25,545 bases of DNA from IMG/VR virus record IMGVR_UViG_3300012953_000198, positions 1-25,545 of that record. One strand, given 5' to 3'. The notes under the pieces were generated by a model. It had not been told where the DNA came from. It ran no database searches and saw nothing but the letters and a program-made list of their open reading frames with translations. The translations under genes and the position numbers were made by a program. Below, in pieces: positions 8,937 to 19,394 of the stretch (positions are counted from its first letter, which is position 1; each line of letters opens with the position of its first letter). The stretch is from a virus. Its lineage: Duplodnaviria; Caudoviricetes.

Positions 8937-9115
8937 TGGTAGGCAAGATTATCGCAGGTAAAATTCTAAAAGCTGCTGCAAAAGGAATTATAGGTGAAAA
9001 AATAAAAATAAAAATCGTGACCAGCTTAGGAGATCTACTTGTTAAAAGTTCTAAAAACAAATTGGATGATAAGGTATGGGCAAAAGTAAAATTGCAACTG
9101 TTAGGAAAAAAGTAG
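8936..9115 (+). CDS. 59-aa basic amphipathic protein, GTG start (not in the ORF track)
   Basis: MVGKIIAGKILKAAAKGIIGEKIKIKIVTSLGDLLVKSSKNKLDDKVWAKVKLQLLGKK. TAGTG overlap with the upstream stop. The S/T.N.LDD motif resembles small phage proteins I recall. Confidence 0.65.
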   Translation: MVGKIIAGKILKAAAKGIIGEKIKIKIVTSLGDLLVKSSKNKLDDKVWAKVKLQLLGKK

Positions 9116-9117
9116 AA

Positions 9118-9444
9118 TTGTTAGACTATACAGAAATAACTGTTTATTCAGATATAGTTATAAATAATAATTCTTCAACAAGACTTGGACAGGTTGGGGT
9201 TAAAAAAAACGATAAAGTCTATAAGAAAAAACCTGAATGCTGCAATAAATGTAAAAGCAAAAGGATAGTAGCTTTAGAAATATTAGGTGCTTGCAATAAA
9301 GACAATCTGTTTTGGATTTGTGATGATTGCGAGCACTTACACCTTAAATATACAGGAAAATACACAGAAAAAATGCTTGAGGAGGGCAGTAAACTATGGA
9401 CCAACCCTAATGATTGGTTGGACTCAACGGAGAATATAAATTAA
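9118..9444 (+). CDS. Zinc-ribbon protein (start uncertain: TTG 9118 or ATG 9076)
   Basis: CNKC...CDDC pair. TTG 9118 is in frame and avoids a 40-nt overlap with the upstream ORF. Confidence 0.6.
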   Translation: MLDYTEITVYSDIVINNNSSTRLGQVGVKKNDKVYKKKPECCNKCKSKRIVALEILGACNKDNLFWICDDCEHLHLKYTGKYTEKMLEEGSKLWTNPNDWLDSTENIN

Positions 9445-10196
9445 TGAAAACATATATAGTAACACCAGACAAACACTTTCCTCTTCATGATAAAAAGAGT
9501 ATTAATGTAGTTTGTAAAGTCATCGAGGCAATCAAGCCTGATGGATATATTGACCTAGGTGATACAGGCGAATGGTCAAGTGTTTCTAGATGGAAATGGA
9601 AAAATAAAGCAAAACCAAATCTAGAATGGTACTTACCAGAAGTTATCACAGACGTAAATGAAGTTAACAAGGGAATGGATATAATAGATGAAAGTCTAGA
9701 CAAAGCAAACGTAAAAGAAAAACATTTTATACAAGGAAATCATGAATTATGGTTAGACTATTTTGTAGACACTTATCCATACCTTCCTCAATATTCTTGT
9801 AAAACAGCTTTAAAACTAGAGGAAAGAGATTATAAATTCCATAGGGCAGGCGACTTGTTAACTATAGGGGATATGACCTTTTATCATGGTCATAATTATG
9901 GTGGAATGCATCATGCTGCTGCACATTGTAAGCAGTATAAAAGAAATATAATGTATGGACATCATCATGATATTCAAGTATATTCAGATAGGTCGGCTGA
10001 AGGAAAAATAGCAGCTTATAGTATAGGTTGCTTAAAAGATATGAAAAGGGAAGCTAACGAATTTATAGGGGGGAGACCTATTAATTGGGCTCAGGCTTTT
10101 GCAATAGTAACTTTTCATGGACAAAAGAGTTTTGTTGAAGTAATTGAAATTAAAAATGGAAAAACAATTCTGGGCGGAGTGTTAATTGAGGGGTGA
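9444..10196 (+). CDS. Calcineurin-like metallophosphoesterase
   Basis: Motifs DxH (PDKH), GD (LGDTGE), GNHE, HGH and GHxH (GHHH). Start moved from 9414 to 9444 because of the TAATG overlap and upstream GGAG. Confidence 0.9.
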   Translation: MKTYIVTPDKHFPLHDKKSINVVCKVIEAIKPDGYIDLGDTGEWSSVSRWKWKNKAKPNLEWYLPEVITDVNEVNKGMDIIDESLDKANVKEKHFIQGNHELWLDYFVDTYPYLPQYSCKTALKLEERDYKFHRAGDLLTIGDMTFYHGHNYGGMHHAAAHCKQYKRNIMYGHHHDIQVYSDRSAEGKIAAYSIGCLKDMKREANEFIGGRPINWAQAFAIVTFHGQKSFVEVIEIKNGKTILGGVLIEG

Positions 10197-10198
10197 TA

Positions 10199-10456
10199 AT
10201 GGATCCAATAACTTTGCTCGAGCAATTTGGTGTTCCAGTTGCAGTAGCTGTAGCATTCGGTTACTTCATATGGAAGCAAAACAAATATATACAAGATGAT
10301 TTAGCTAAAGATTTAAGTCAACAATTTACTAGATTAGAGGCTATAATAGTAAAGTTAATTGACCAGCAGAAAAAATTGCAACTTGAAGTAAAAAGAATGA
10401 GTGCATCTTATGAAGCTCTCGTTAAAATAGTAACAAACTTATTAAAGAAGAGATAA
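10199..10456 (+). CDS. Single-TM, coiled-coil membrane protein, holin-like (BhlA/UviB-type architecture)
   Basis: LLEQFGVPVAVAVAFGYFIWK transmembrane segment, then a coiled coil and basic C-terminus. GAGGGG precedes ATG 10199 (GTG 10193 is an alternative start). Confidence 0.55.
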   Translation: MDPITLLEQFGVPVAVAVAFGYFIWKQNKYIQDDLAKDLSQQFTRLEAIIVKLIDQQKKLQLEVKRMSASYEALVKIVTNLLKKR

Positions 10457-13400
10457 ATGCCAAAGCAATTAAAAGAATTGAGGAGATTTCAAGCAGGAAC
10501 TAAAAGTGCCGCTGCAGATACTGACGTACAAGAAGAATCGGCAATATTTAGCAAAAATATAGACCCTATATCAGAAGAAGGTAAGTTAAAGGGCGTTAAA
10601 GAGCATATAAAAGTATTACCTAATGAAGAGCTTATAATTTTTAAGTTAACTCACCCAGATGTAATCTCTGGAGGTAGCCCTAATTGGTTTGATTATGCAT
10701 CAACTAGCACAAATGCTTATCGTGACGCAACAGGAAATTCTCTTATAGGGGGATGGCCTTATATTATATCTTTTAATCACGGAGGATTAGGAACCACACC
10801 TATTACTCATACTATAAATTGGTCTCCAGTAGATAATAGTAGCATAGCTGATATTACTGACGCTCAAATATTTAAAATGCAAAGTGACCAGCATTATGTT
10901 GATATAAAAACATATTTAGATGCATTATCTGCACCAAATTTAACAGTTCAACTTGCTAGGGGTGAAAGAGGAACAGAGTATCCATATCCATTAGATACTG
11001 TAACTGAGTTTAATTTAAGTAACGATAGGGAAGAGTTTGTAACAAACCACACATCTTCTCATGCTGCAGATAATGGAACATCTTATAGTACTGGAGATCC
11101 TGTACCATTAAGACTTCTTCCGCCTTACAGATCTTTAGAGTTGTTGTTTGATGAAAAATATACTAATAATAACACTGAGTTTGAAGTAAAGCATATGAAT
11201 GTAAGTTTAAAAACTGCTGGTAGTTACGGAACTTATACTGAAGATGAAACAAGGCCTAATACTTTAGGTGAAAACATTGGAGGTTCTACAGGGCCATATA
11301 AAATTGTTGAAGATGTTACGTCGTATTTAGGGGTAAATGCTACAGAAATGGAGCTATTTAATTCTGAAAATAAAGACAATATAGCTTTTTATTCTGTAAC
11401 TGAAAATGATGTAACGTTTCCAGGTTATGATCCAGAAACTGATACAGGTGCTGGAAAAACTTATAGAATGAAAGTTTTGTCAGATATATACGGCGAAAAA
11501 GAGATTATTTCTAATACTACTATAAATGATGAGACTGTTCATTTTGATATACCTAATGAGCCAGAAGATGTATCTTTAACTAAAAATAATGCTCACATAT
11601 ATATAGGCTGCGGAAACACTGAGGGAGCTAAAACTAAATGGTTTGGAAAATTAGACCATAAACAATTTGATGAGTCTGTAGGTGATTACAGGTTAGAAGA
11701 TGCAGAAGTTTATCCTATAGATGATGGACAAACAGTATTTAATCTTTCTTGGTTATCTTATAATAGACACGGATCAACATTAGCAGAAGCTATAGACTCT
11801 GAAAAACTATATGGTATAGCAGATGGAATGATGGATTTATTTGCTATAGATGTTAGTGGCAACTCGACAGACAATACTGACTTAGGTGTACAGGTTCAAT
11901 CTACTACTAAGCTTCCTTTTACTCCTACAGTAATTACCCCTTCTAAATATCAATGGGATAATAATTATAATAGAACATCAGAAAGTGATTGGAATGCAGC
12001 TGATAATACTACAATATATAGTAGTCACACACATGATGCTAATACTACATATTGGTGGGGTTCAAATAAATATAAAGAAGGAATACAACTTTTTTATTCC
12101 AAATTTGATACATCAGCAGACACCTTAGATGCTCAAACAGGTTTAAGTGGAAGTGCAATACAATTTAACTTTACAAGACCTCCAGGAGCAGGAACAAAAG
12201 TTCAAGATATAATTGAAACGTATGATGGTAGTACTTATAGGGTTTGGGTGTTATTTACTAAAAAAGATTTTGGACCATTTACTTGGGACCAAGAATTTGT
12301 TTATAGTTTTGATATTGCTGACATTAATTGGTCTGGTAATAGTGTAACTTTACATGAGCATACTCCTCCTGCATTAAAAATGAAAAAATGTAAAGCATGG
12401 GACTTAGGCTCTAATAGTGGTTATTCAGTATATTGTGATGAAGTTAGCCAAAACATAAATTTTGGAAGTCTTCCTTACGTATGTACTGAAGGTGCTGGTT
12501 ATAGTGCTAGGCAAAATAAATTAAAATATAGAGGGGTAGACGAATTAGGAGATCCAGGAGATAACGATTGGAGTTCTTTAAATGGAAGACATTGGCATAG
12601 AAATAGTCATGCAAACTGGGATATGGGTTATGACGGAGGTTTTGATAAAAGCGTTGAATATGAAATAAATCCTCATCCAAAAGGATTAATTGATTTAGGT
12701 CATAGCCATAGAATAGGTATGTTAGCCCATTTAAAAGGTAAATATGTTACTGATATGGGTGAAATGGATACAAAAAGAAGAAGTAAATGGCCTAAAAGAT
12801 GGTATTATGCTTATCCTGTTAGAAATTCTTCTACGATAGATTTAGATGAAACTATGTTATTTTTTATTGACCCAGAACATAAAGGCGTTAGGCATAGAAG
12901 AGTAGCTAGAGGAATGGACCCATCTACTGGGTATGCTTCATCTTGGGACAGTGACTCAGATGCACATGCAATTAGACAATCAAACTATAAATTACATAGC
13001 AGTGATGATAAAATAAACATGATGGCTAGAAGGTTTGCTTCTGCAACTATAGCTACAGGTTATCCTGGTTGGAATGATATAAATAGACTTCCAGACAATA
13101 TAGCTAATATAGTTAGTACTAATAAATTAATGGCTCAAAGTTCAACTACCAATTTTTGGTTTTCCGTAAAAGGAGAAAAAACAAACTCTACAGTTTTACA
13201 AAGATACACTTACTCTTACCCAGATAGAACTGGAACAGAACCTATAGATTCAACAATTCCTGTAGGCCCTGTAAATGGAACTGATTTTGTACCTATGATT
13301 TTTGAAGATTTAGGAAGTTCTACATTTGCTCATGACTATGTAAGTGGAAATGAAAGATTCTTTTTAAGCCCTAGAATGGGCCAATATATTAATGCAGAGG

Positions 13401-14923
13401 CCAATTATAACCCTAGTACTGGGTGGATAGCTCCAGGTGCTGATTTGTCTACTAATGAACAAAATGATTTATATATAGATACTTATGCGCACTATCATGA
13501 ACATAGTGAACTACCCTATGGTATAGCACTACAAGATGGAGACGCAACAGATGTTGTAGATGGTTCGGCACAGCCAGGAAACTTTAATGCTGGTACCGAC
13601 TATTATTACAAGATGTCTGTTTTATATGATGGATTCCAAGAAAGTCCATTAACTACATTTTATTTTGTGTATTCTCCTACAGCAAATTGCAATACAGTTA
13701 TTATGACAGTTAAACTAGAAAGTCCTCCACCAAGAGCGACTCATGTAATGATATATAGAAAAAATAATGTAGAAGATTTTTATAGAATGGTATCTGAATT
13801 AGACCTTTCAACAGGATGGGGTAAAGCAGGAGATATGTTCTTTAAGGTTGAAGTAGACAATGGTAATTTAAGTGGAACTTATGAATCTATTACTGGTATG
13901 CCTGAATCAATGAGAGGTACAGGTATAAATTATAAATTATCAACCACTGCTGGAGGATATTTAATAGCAGGAAACTGCTTTCACCCAGAAATAAAAAATG
14001 GTCAAAACTTTATATACAGAAGTCAGCCTGGAAATTATTCTGTATTTAATTGGGCTAGAGATTATTTAATATTACCAAATGAACCTACTGCTCTTGCTTA
14101 TTTTGCAGGTAGACTATTTGCCTTTGATAGATCTAATATGTATAAAATTGATATAAATTCTTTAATAATAGAAGACGAACACAAAGGTGTAGGTTGTTTT
14201 GGTGAGCAATCTTATATAATTACTGATTTTGGATTTTTCTTTTGTGATGCAAACAATATGTATATGCATAACGGCTCTCAAGTTCAAGCAATAGGAACAG
14301 ATATACTAAAAAATGCTAAATTCGATGAAACCAATACAATAAAGTCTAATTGGCATAATATAAATCACGCATACGACCCTTATGTAGCTTATGATGCTTT
14401 TAACCAGACAGTAATGTTTATGTGGGAAGATACTAATGGAGATAAAGGTTCTTGGAACTACAATATACCTAGAAATAGATGGGACTTAATTGATATACCA
14501 AAACCATTAGCTTTTTCTCAGGGTAAATTTGGCGAAAGATTCCTTTCTGACGGAACATATTTATATCAGTTAAATGAAGATTCTTCTAGAAGTAAATTTA
14601 CTCATTACACTCCTAGCATAGATTTTGGCTTTGCTACAGTAGATAAAAAGATTAAAAAAATTAAGTTTATTATGAATAATACTGCAGATGTTGCTAATGC
14701 AGAATATCATCTAAAAGTTTATTCTGACGATGTTTTATTATATGAATGCAATCATGACGACTCATCTCACACTTCTTCAGCAAAGAAATTTAAAGATGAG
14801 GAGCATGAAAGAGAATATAAAATGCCAAAAAATAAAACTAAAAAATTAAGGTTAGAAATTATAGACTCTAACGTTGAAATTGATTCAATTGCAATAACAT
14901 ATATACAGCGTAAGGTAGATTGA
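10457..14923 (+). CDS. Large tail nozzle / DNA-stabilisation-like protein (P22 gp10 / T7 gp12 / crAss muzzle analogue)
   Basis: N-terminal MPKQ..LRRFQAG...NIDP...GKLKG, propeller-like C-terminal part (IYRSQPG, PTALAYFAGRLFAF, GVGCFGEQS, FFCDANNMY), and terminal TPSIDFG...KKIKKI...IDSIAITY. Functional call is by resemblance and position. Confidence 0.65.
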   Translation: MPKQLKELRRFQAGTKSAAADTDVQEESAIFSKNIDPISEEGKLKGVKEHIKVLPNEELIIFKLTHPDVISGGSPNWFDYASTSTNAYRDATGNSLIGGWPYIISFNHGGLGTTPITHTINWSPVDNSSIADITDAQIFKMQSDQHYVDIKTYLDALSAPNLTVQLARGERGTEYPYPLDTVTEFNLSNDREEFVTNHTSSHAADNGTSYSTGDPVPLRLLPPYRSLELLFDEKYTNNNTEFEVKHMNVSLKTAGSYGTYTEDETRPNTLGENIGGSTGPYKIVEDVTSYLGVNATEMELFNSENKDNIAFYSVTENDVTFPGYDPETDTGAGKTYRMKVLSDIYGEKEIISNTTINDETVHFDIPNEPEDVSLTKNNAHIYIGCGNTEGAKTKWFGKLDHKQFDESVGDYRLEDAEVYPIDDGQTVFNLSWLSYNRHGSTLAEAIDSEKLYGIADGMMDLFAIDVSGNSTDNTDLGVQVQSTTKLPFTPTVITPSKYQWDNNYNRTSESDWNAADNTTIYSSHTHDANTTYWWGSNKYKEGIQLFYSKFDTSADTLDAQTGLSGSAIQFNFTRPPGAGTKVQDIIETYDGSTYRVWVLFTKKDFGPFTWDQEFVYSFDIADINWSGNSVTLHEHTPPALKMKKCKAWDLGSNSGYSVYCDEVSQNINFGSLPYVCTEGAGYSARQNKLKYRGVDELGDPGDNDWSSLNGRHWHRNSHANWDMGYDGGFDKSVEYEINPHPKGLIDLGHSHRIGMLAHLKGKYVTDMGEMDTKRRSKWPKRWYYAYPVRNSSTIDLDETMLFFIDPEHKGVRHRRVARGMDPSTGYASSWDSDSDAHAIRQSNYKLHSSDDKINMMARRFASATIATGYPGWNDINRLPDNIANIVSTNKLMAQSSTTNFWFSVKGEKTNSTVLQRYTYSYPDRTGTEPIDSTIPVGPVNGTDFVPMIFEDLGSSTFAHDYVSGNERFFLSPRMGQYINAEANYNPSTGWIAPGADLSTNEQNDLYIDTYAHYHEHSELPYGIALQDGDATDVVDGSAQPGNFNAGTDYYYKMSVLYDGFQESPLTTFYFVYSPTANCNTVIMTVKLESPPPRATHVMIYRKNNVEDFYRMVSELDLSTGWGKAGDMFFKVEVDNGNLSGTYESITGMPESMRGTGINYKLSTTAGGYLIAGNCFHPEIKNGQNFIYRSQPGNYSVFNWARDYLILPNEPTALAYFAGRLFAFDRSNMYKIDINSLIIEDEHKGVGCFGEQSYIITDFGFFFCDANNMYMHNGSQVQAIGTDILKNAKFDETNTIKSNWHNINHAYDPYVAYDAFNQTVMFMWEDTNGDKGSWNYNIPRNRWDLIDIPKPLAFSQGKFGERFLSDGTYLYQLNEDSSRSKFTHYTPSIDFGFATVDKKIKKIKFIMNNTADVANAEYHLKVYSDDVLLYECNHDDSSHTSSAKKFKDEEHEREYKMPKNKTKKLRLEIIDSNVEIDSIAITYIQRKVD

Positions 14924-17900
14924 TGGGAGTAAGAGGTGCTTTAGGAAAATTAAGGAAAAGTGCTCCTAAAATCTCTGACCCAAAAGTACAGAGAGTAGTA
15001 GACACTATATATAAAGATTTAAATAGTGTCGCTGATGCTGTAAACTTTCCAAGTGGAACTTCAAATGTAAAAGGAATTATTGGTAAGCCAGGAGACATGC
15101 GTCTCTATAAAGGTTCGGGAATGGATGGATCTAGCGGCTATTTTTTACAAGGTAGATTTGATGATGGTTGGGCAACAGTAAATCTTACTTTAGAAGAGAA
15201 AAACCCTGATAATTCAGATATATCTACATATACTATGCCTGGACAAGGAATAGAGCCTTATATAACTAAATATGGCGTTACTTTTGAAAATTTATCAGGA
15301 AATGCTGATGTTGGTACTCAAGCAGATCAAGTAGCAGTGGGTAATCACACTCATGAACACTGGACTCTTAATAACCCTATTCTTTTAGACTTATCTTATA
15401 CTGGTGGTAATATTACATATAATGATGAAAACAATCATCTAAACGTTATACACTTCCCTTTATCTCCACCTAATATAGCAGATAGTTTAGTTGACAATAC
15501 TAATGCCGATACAGGTAGTCAAAATGTTGCAGCTAGATGGGACCATAAACATAAAATTGATCCTGAACCTGATTATGTATGGGAAGGAGCAAACACATTT
15601 GGAATTTCTGCTGGAACATCTGGTAAAAAGCTTACTATAAATGGTCCAACATCAGGAACTGATTGGGCATTAGATGTGTATGGAGATGTTAGAATAGACG
15701 GAGATTTAGTAGTTGCTTATGCTCAATTACAAAACAATGATACTGAGTTAGGTGGAAATGTAGACCTTAACAAAGGTAACTTAAATATTAATGTTATCGA
15801 TTCTATGGCTAATAAAACTAGAATATATGGTCCTACTAGAATAGATGGTGGTGTACTTATAGATGTTGCTAGCCACTCAAACTTTGGGCAAGATTATCAT
15901 TATTTAACAGACGACCAAAATAAGCCTGGTGTTATTATAAGAGATACAAGGTCTGTAGGTCAATTAAGAATTGAATATGATTCTAGTAAATACTTTGATT
16001 TTAAAGTAGATACAGGTGGTAATTTAAACCTTGAAACTATAGGTAATATAAACTTATTACCCGCTGGTAAGGCAGTTTTACCAGAAGGAACACTTCAGAC
16101 TAATTTAGGTGATTTGGATAGGCAATTTAATAGTATCCACGCTGGAGAACTAGTTGTTCAAAATCTAGTTGCTATGCATGTTATGAGCACTATTGGAGGA
16201 CAGCTATTAATAGCACCTACAACAAAATTAGTTCAGACTTTATCTAATACAGAAACAGGTTATATGGCAGTAGAGCATAATGATGATAACCTAAAGAATG
16301 CTTTTGTTATATTACAAGGAATAAAAGATGATGGTGCTCCTAAAACTGAAGTAATAAAAACAAGTGCAGTTGATGATGATACAAATTATGGTACTTCTTC
16401 AAATCCAGAATATAGAATACAAATAACCAATAGAGATGTGAATAACGATGGTGTTCAAAATACTTGGAATGCAGGTGAAGCTGTAGTTTGTTTATACAAA
16501 TTAGGAGGAGGCGGAAATAAAGGATATATTGAATTAACCTCTACTGGCTCTACATTAAATAGTTATGGCCCTAGAATAAGCTTAAATGCCGCAAAAACTA
16601 CTGATACAGCATGGGATGCTGCTAAAAAGGTAGTTGTATTAGGTAACTTGCGTAATATGGCAGATTATAGCCAAAATGAAGATATTGACTTTGGTATGAT
16701 AATTGCCGATGATGCAACATTAAGCACATCTTATTTAAAAGGTGCTACTTTAGATAACAATAAAGGTTTAAGACTTTTTAATACTCCTTTAAATATATAT
16801 AACAATGGAAACAAAAAAGTAGAGCTTAATGTAGATGGAACGTTTAGGTTAGGTTCTGCATTAGTTAATACAGGAGATACCAGTGACACTTGGCAAACCG
16901 ATCAATCTGGTGAAGGTGTTGGTTTATCTTGGGACGGTTCTAATTTAATTATATCAGGAGATATTAATGTTACTGGTGGAGGATTGCAACAAGAATTAGA
17001 TACTTTAACAGATAGTATAGGCGATTTAGAAACTGATTTAAATAATTTACCTAATTTTGATGCTCTTTCAAACTATCAAGCAGCAGAATGGATCAGTCAA
17101 CAAATTGGTGGTAATATGATTGTTGATTGGAATATGGAATTTGACCCTGACTCTGGTTCCGATTATGATAATATGCAAATGTGGAAAGGAGGAGATGGTA
17201 GCAATTCAGCTTTATTTTCTAAGGCAAACTCAGGAGATGTTAACCCTTCCTCTGGAGATTATACTTTAAAAGGAACATCAGTAGCAGCAAATTCAAATAC
17301 TAATTCAGACGCTTATCAAACTGATTTAACAGGAGCAGAAACAGTATATCCTGTTGTCCCTGGAATGAAAATTTCAGTATCATTTATGGGATATATTAAA
17401 CAAGGACAATGGCAGCTAGAAATTAAAAACGAACTAGGCAAAGTTGGTGTAAAAATATATAATGCAGACAAGACTAGATGGGCTTGGTATGGTATAGCAA
17501 AAACAGACCAAACTGAAAATTCATGGACTCAATTTCAAGGTACATGGGTTATTCCTGATACTTGGGAATTTACTGGACAAGACCCCTTGCCAGATTCAAC
17601 AGAGCCTATTGGGTGGGTAGTTCCTTGGATATTTGTAGATGAACATAGTAGTCAAGAATCCCCAGGTGTTGAGCATGTATATTTTGACCAAGTGCAAATG
17701 TATATTGATTCAAGTTTAGCTTTACCTGCAGCACCGCCAGCAGGAGCAGGATTTTATGCTGGTAGTGATATATTTGGAATACATGATGGAAGTAATTGGA
17801 GAACATATTTTGGGTTAAATGCTGGTAATTCTGTGTTCCAATTAAAAGACAGCTCAGGTGCAAATCAACTTAATTGGAATGGCACTAGTTTAATGTTTGG

Positions 17901-18750
17901 TTCGCTTGAACAAGGACAGCCTACTGTAGTTATAAGCGGAGAAACTGGAGATATTAGCATGCAAGGAAGTTTACGAATTGGTAATGATGCTCATATCATG
18001 AATACTGGAGGTGGATATGATACTAATGCTAGCTTTTTCTTAGGAACTATAAATCAAGCTCAAAAATTTAGTATTGTCGCTGACTATGGGGTAACCATAC
18101 CAGGAACTGCTACTCAACCTAAACTTTTATTTGATTCAAGTACAGGGCAATTGCAATTTAAAGGACTTATTGACCAAAGTTATTTTAAGGAATTAGTAAA
18201 TGGCGGCTATTCATATGGACCCAAAATAAGAAGTTTAAAACCAAATATAGAAACTGGTGTGTATTTTTATGTCCCATTGAGTGTAAGTAGATCATGTGAA
18301 TGGTGGGATATTCATGACGAGTTATCAGACGATCCTCAAACAAACCATGAAAATGGTTTAAGTTATACTTTGTCTAATGTGGCTTATTTTAATGTGACAA
18401 AAGTTTCTATGTTTTTACACTCAGAACCATATAGAAATGAAGGTGTTCATGTATATGTACAGAGACGATATTGGAACGGTGCCGATTGGACTTCTTGGCA
18501 AATTTTTGATAGTATAACATTTGATGCAGGTAATGGCGTTACAAGTACTGACAACCCGTGGGACCACAATCATAAAACAAACTATGACTCTTTTCCTCCA
18601 ATTATAAGAACATCTAGTACCTCTTATCCTTTGCATTATGGACAGTACAAAGGAAAGGTTCAATATACAGTTACAACAACTGACCATTCTAATGATACTT
18701 ATGGAGTAAATTTAATTTTTGATGTTGACAATACAAGAGGATCAACCTAA
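14923..18750 (+). CDS. Large tail fibre/spike with HxH motifs and a CBM-like domain
   Basis: NHTHEH and DHKH motifs, G/N/D/T-rich beta repeats (LSWDGSNLIISGDI, LNWNGTSLMFG, LLFDSSTGQLQFKG), a short coiled coil, and a jelly-roll-like segment ending VYFDQVQM. Start at ATG 14923 (TGATG overlap) preferred over TTG 14920. Confidence 0.7.
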   Translation: MGVRGALGKLRKSAPKISDPKVQRVVDTIYKDLNSVADAVNFPSGTSNVKGIIGKPGDMRLYKGSGMDGSSGYFLQGRFDDGWATVNLTLEEKNPDNSDISTYTMPGQGIEPYITKYGVTFENLSGNADVGTQADQVAVGNHTHEHWTLNNPILLDLSYTGGNITYNDENNHLNVIHFPLSPPNIADSLVDNTNADTGSQNVAARWDHKHKIDPEPDYVWEGANTFGISAGTSGKKLTINGPTSGTDWALDVYGDVRIDGDLVVAYAQLQNNDTELGGNVDLNKGNLNINVIDSMANKTRIYGPTRIDGGVLIDVASHSNFGQDYHYLTDDQNKPGVIIRDTRSVGQLRIEYDSSKYFDFKVDTGGNLNLETIGNINLLPAGKAVLPEGTLQTNLGDLDRQFNSIHAGELVVQNLVAMHVMSTIGGQLLIAPTTKLVQTLSNTETGYMAVEHNDDNLKNAFVILQGIKDDGAPKTEVIKTSAVDDDTNYGTSSNPEYRIQITNRDVNNDGVQNTWNAGEAVVCLYKLGGGGNKGYIELTSTGSTLNSYGPRISLNAAKTTDTAWDAAKKVVVLGNLRNMADYSQNEDIDFGMIIADDATLSTSYLKGATLDNNKGLRLFNTPLNIYNNGNKKVELNVDGTFRLGSALVNTGDTSDTWQTDQSGEGVGLSWDGSNLIISGDINVTGGGLQQELDTLTDSIGDLETDLNNLPNFDALSNYQAAEWISQQIGGNMIVDWNMEFDPDSGSDYDNMQMWKGGDGSNSALFSKANSGDVNPSSGDYTLKGTSVAANSNTNSDAYQTDLTGAETVYPVVPGMKISVSFMGYIKQGQWQLEIKNELGKVGVKIYNADKTRWAWYGIAKTDQTENSWTQFQGTWVIPDTWEFTGQDPLPDSTEPIGWVVPWIFVDEHSSQESPGVEHVYFDQVQMYIDSSLALPAAPPAGAGFYAGSDIFGIHDGSNWRTYFGLNAGNSVFQLKDSSGANQLNWNGTSLMFGSLEQGQPTVVISGETGDISMQGSLRIGNDAHIMNTGGGYDTNASFFLGTINQAQKFSIVADYGVTIPGTATQPKLLFDSSTGQLQFKGLIDQSYFKELVNGGYSYGPKIRSLKPNIETGVYFYVPLSVSRSCEWWDIHDELSDDPQTNHENGLSYTLSNVAYFNVTKVSMFLHSEPYRNEGVHVYVQRRYWNGADWTSWQIFDSITFDAGNGVTSTDNPWDHNHKTNYDSFPPIIRTSSTSYPLHYGQYKGKVQYTVTTTDHSNDTYGVNLIFDVDNTRGST

Positions 18751-19394
18751 TGCCTAATTATGTTAAAAAAAATATAACTACTTCGCTCGGAATAGTTAAA
18801 AATAAAGTAATTGAAGTAGATGATCAAGATGTTGCGGATATGTATATAGATGACATGGGTTGGTCGTCGGCTACTGAAACTGAGTATAATACTTATAGGA
18901 ATGCAAGTAATCGCTTAATTTTTATGCATACTAAGGAGTGGAAAGAAAACCCTAATTACGGAGAAAGCGGAACTTCGGTTTCTAGTGACGATTTTATTAA
19001 TTTTGGTGAATTACCTGATTTAGATACAGCTTTTTATAGCTTTTTAAAAGAAGATTCTTCAAGATTGGTTCCAATTACTTGCGTATATTCGTCAACTTTT
19101 AATAAATATATAGCTTATGCATGGTCTCTTGAGTTTGGTACCCCTCAAAAACTATCATATCTTTTTGCCTACAATTATCACAATATTAATCCAGAGGTAG
19201 TTACTGCTCCTAATAGCGCAAAACTACAAGTATTTACCGCTATAATAGGTGAATATAATAAAAAAACCTTAGACCTCACGTCTTCTCAATACAATGGTAT
19301 TGTAGCTGAAAGAAATGCCGCAGGAGGAATAACTGCTCTTGGTAACTATACAGACATGAGTCAAGCAAGGAATCCAGATCATGAAGCAAATTAA
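18750..19394 (+). CDS. Hypothetical protein
   Basis: 214-aa ORF coupled by TAATG to the fibre/spike gene. No motif recognised. Confidence 0.7.
   Translation: MPNYVKKNITTSLGIVKNKVIEVDDQDVADMYIDDMGWSSATETEYNTYRNASNRLIFMHTKEWKENPNYGESGTSVSSDDFINFGELPDLDTAFYSFLKEDSSRLVPITCVYSSTFNKYIAYAWSLEFGTPQKLSYLFAYNYHNINPEVVTAPNSAKLQVFTAIIGEYNKKTLDLTSSQYNGIVAERNAAGGITALGNYTDMSQARNPDHEAN

Noticed and set aside
9076-9443. Track starts at 9076 and 9414
   Set aside because: Both create needless overlaps with upstream ORFs. Starts at 9118 and 9444 fit the coupling pattern better, though 9118 remains uncertain.
18200-18750. Diversity-generating retroelement target at the fibre C-terminus
   Set aside because: No template/variable repeat pair or reverse transcriptase is visible in the window.
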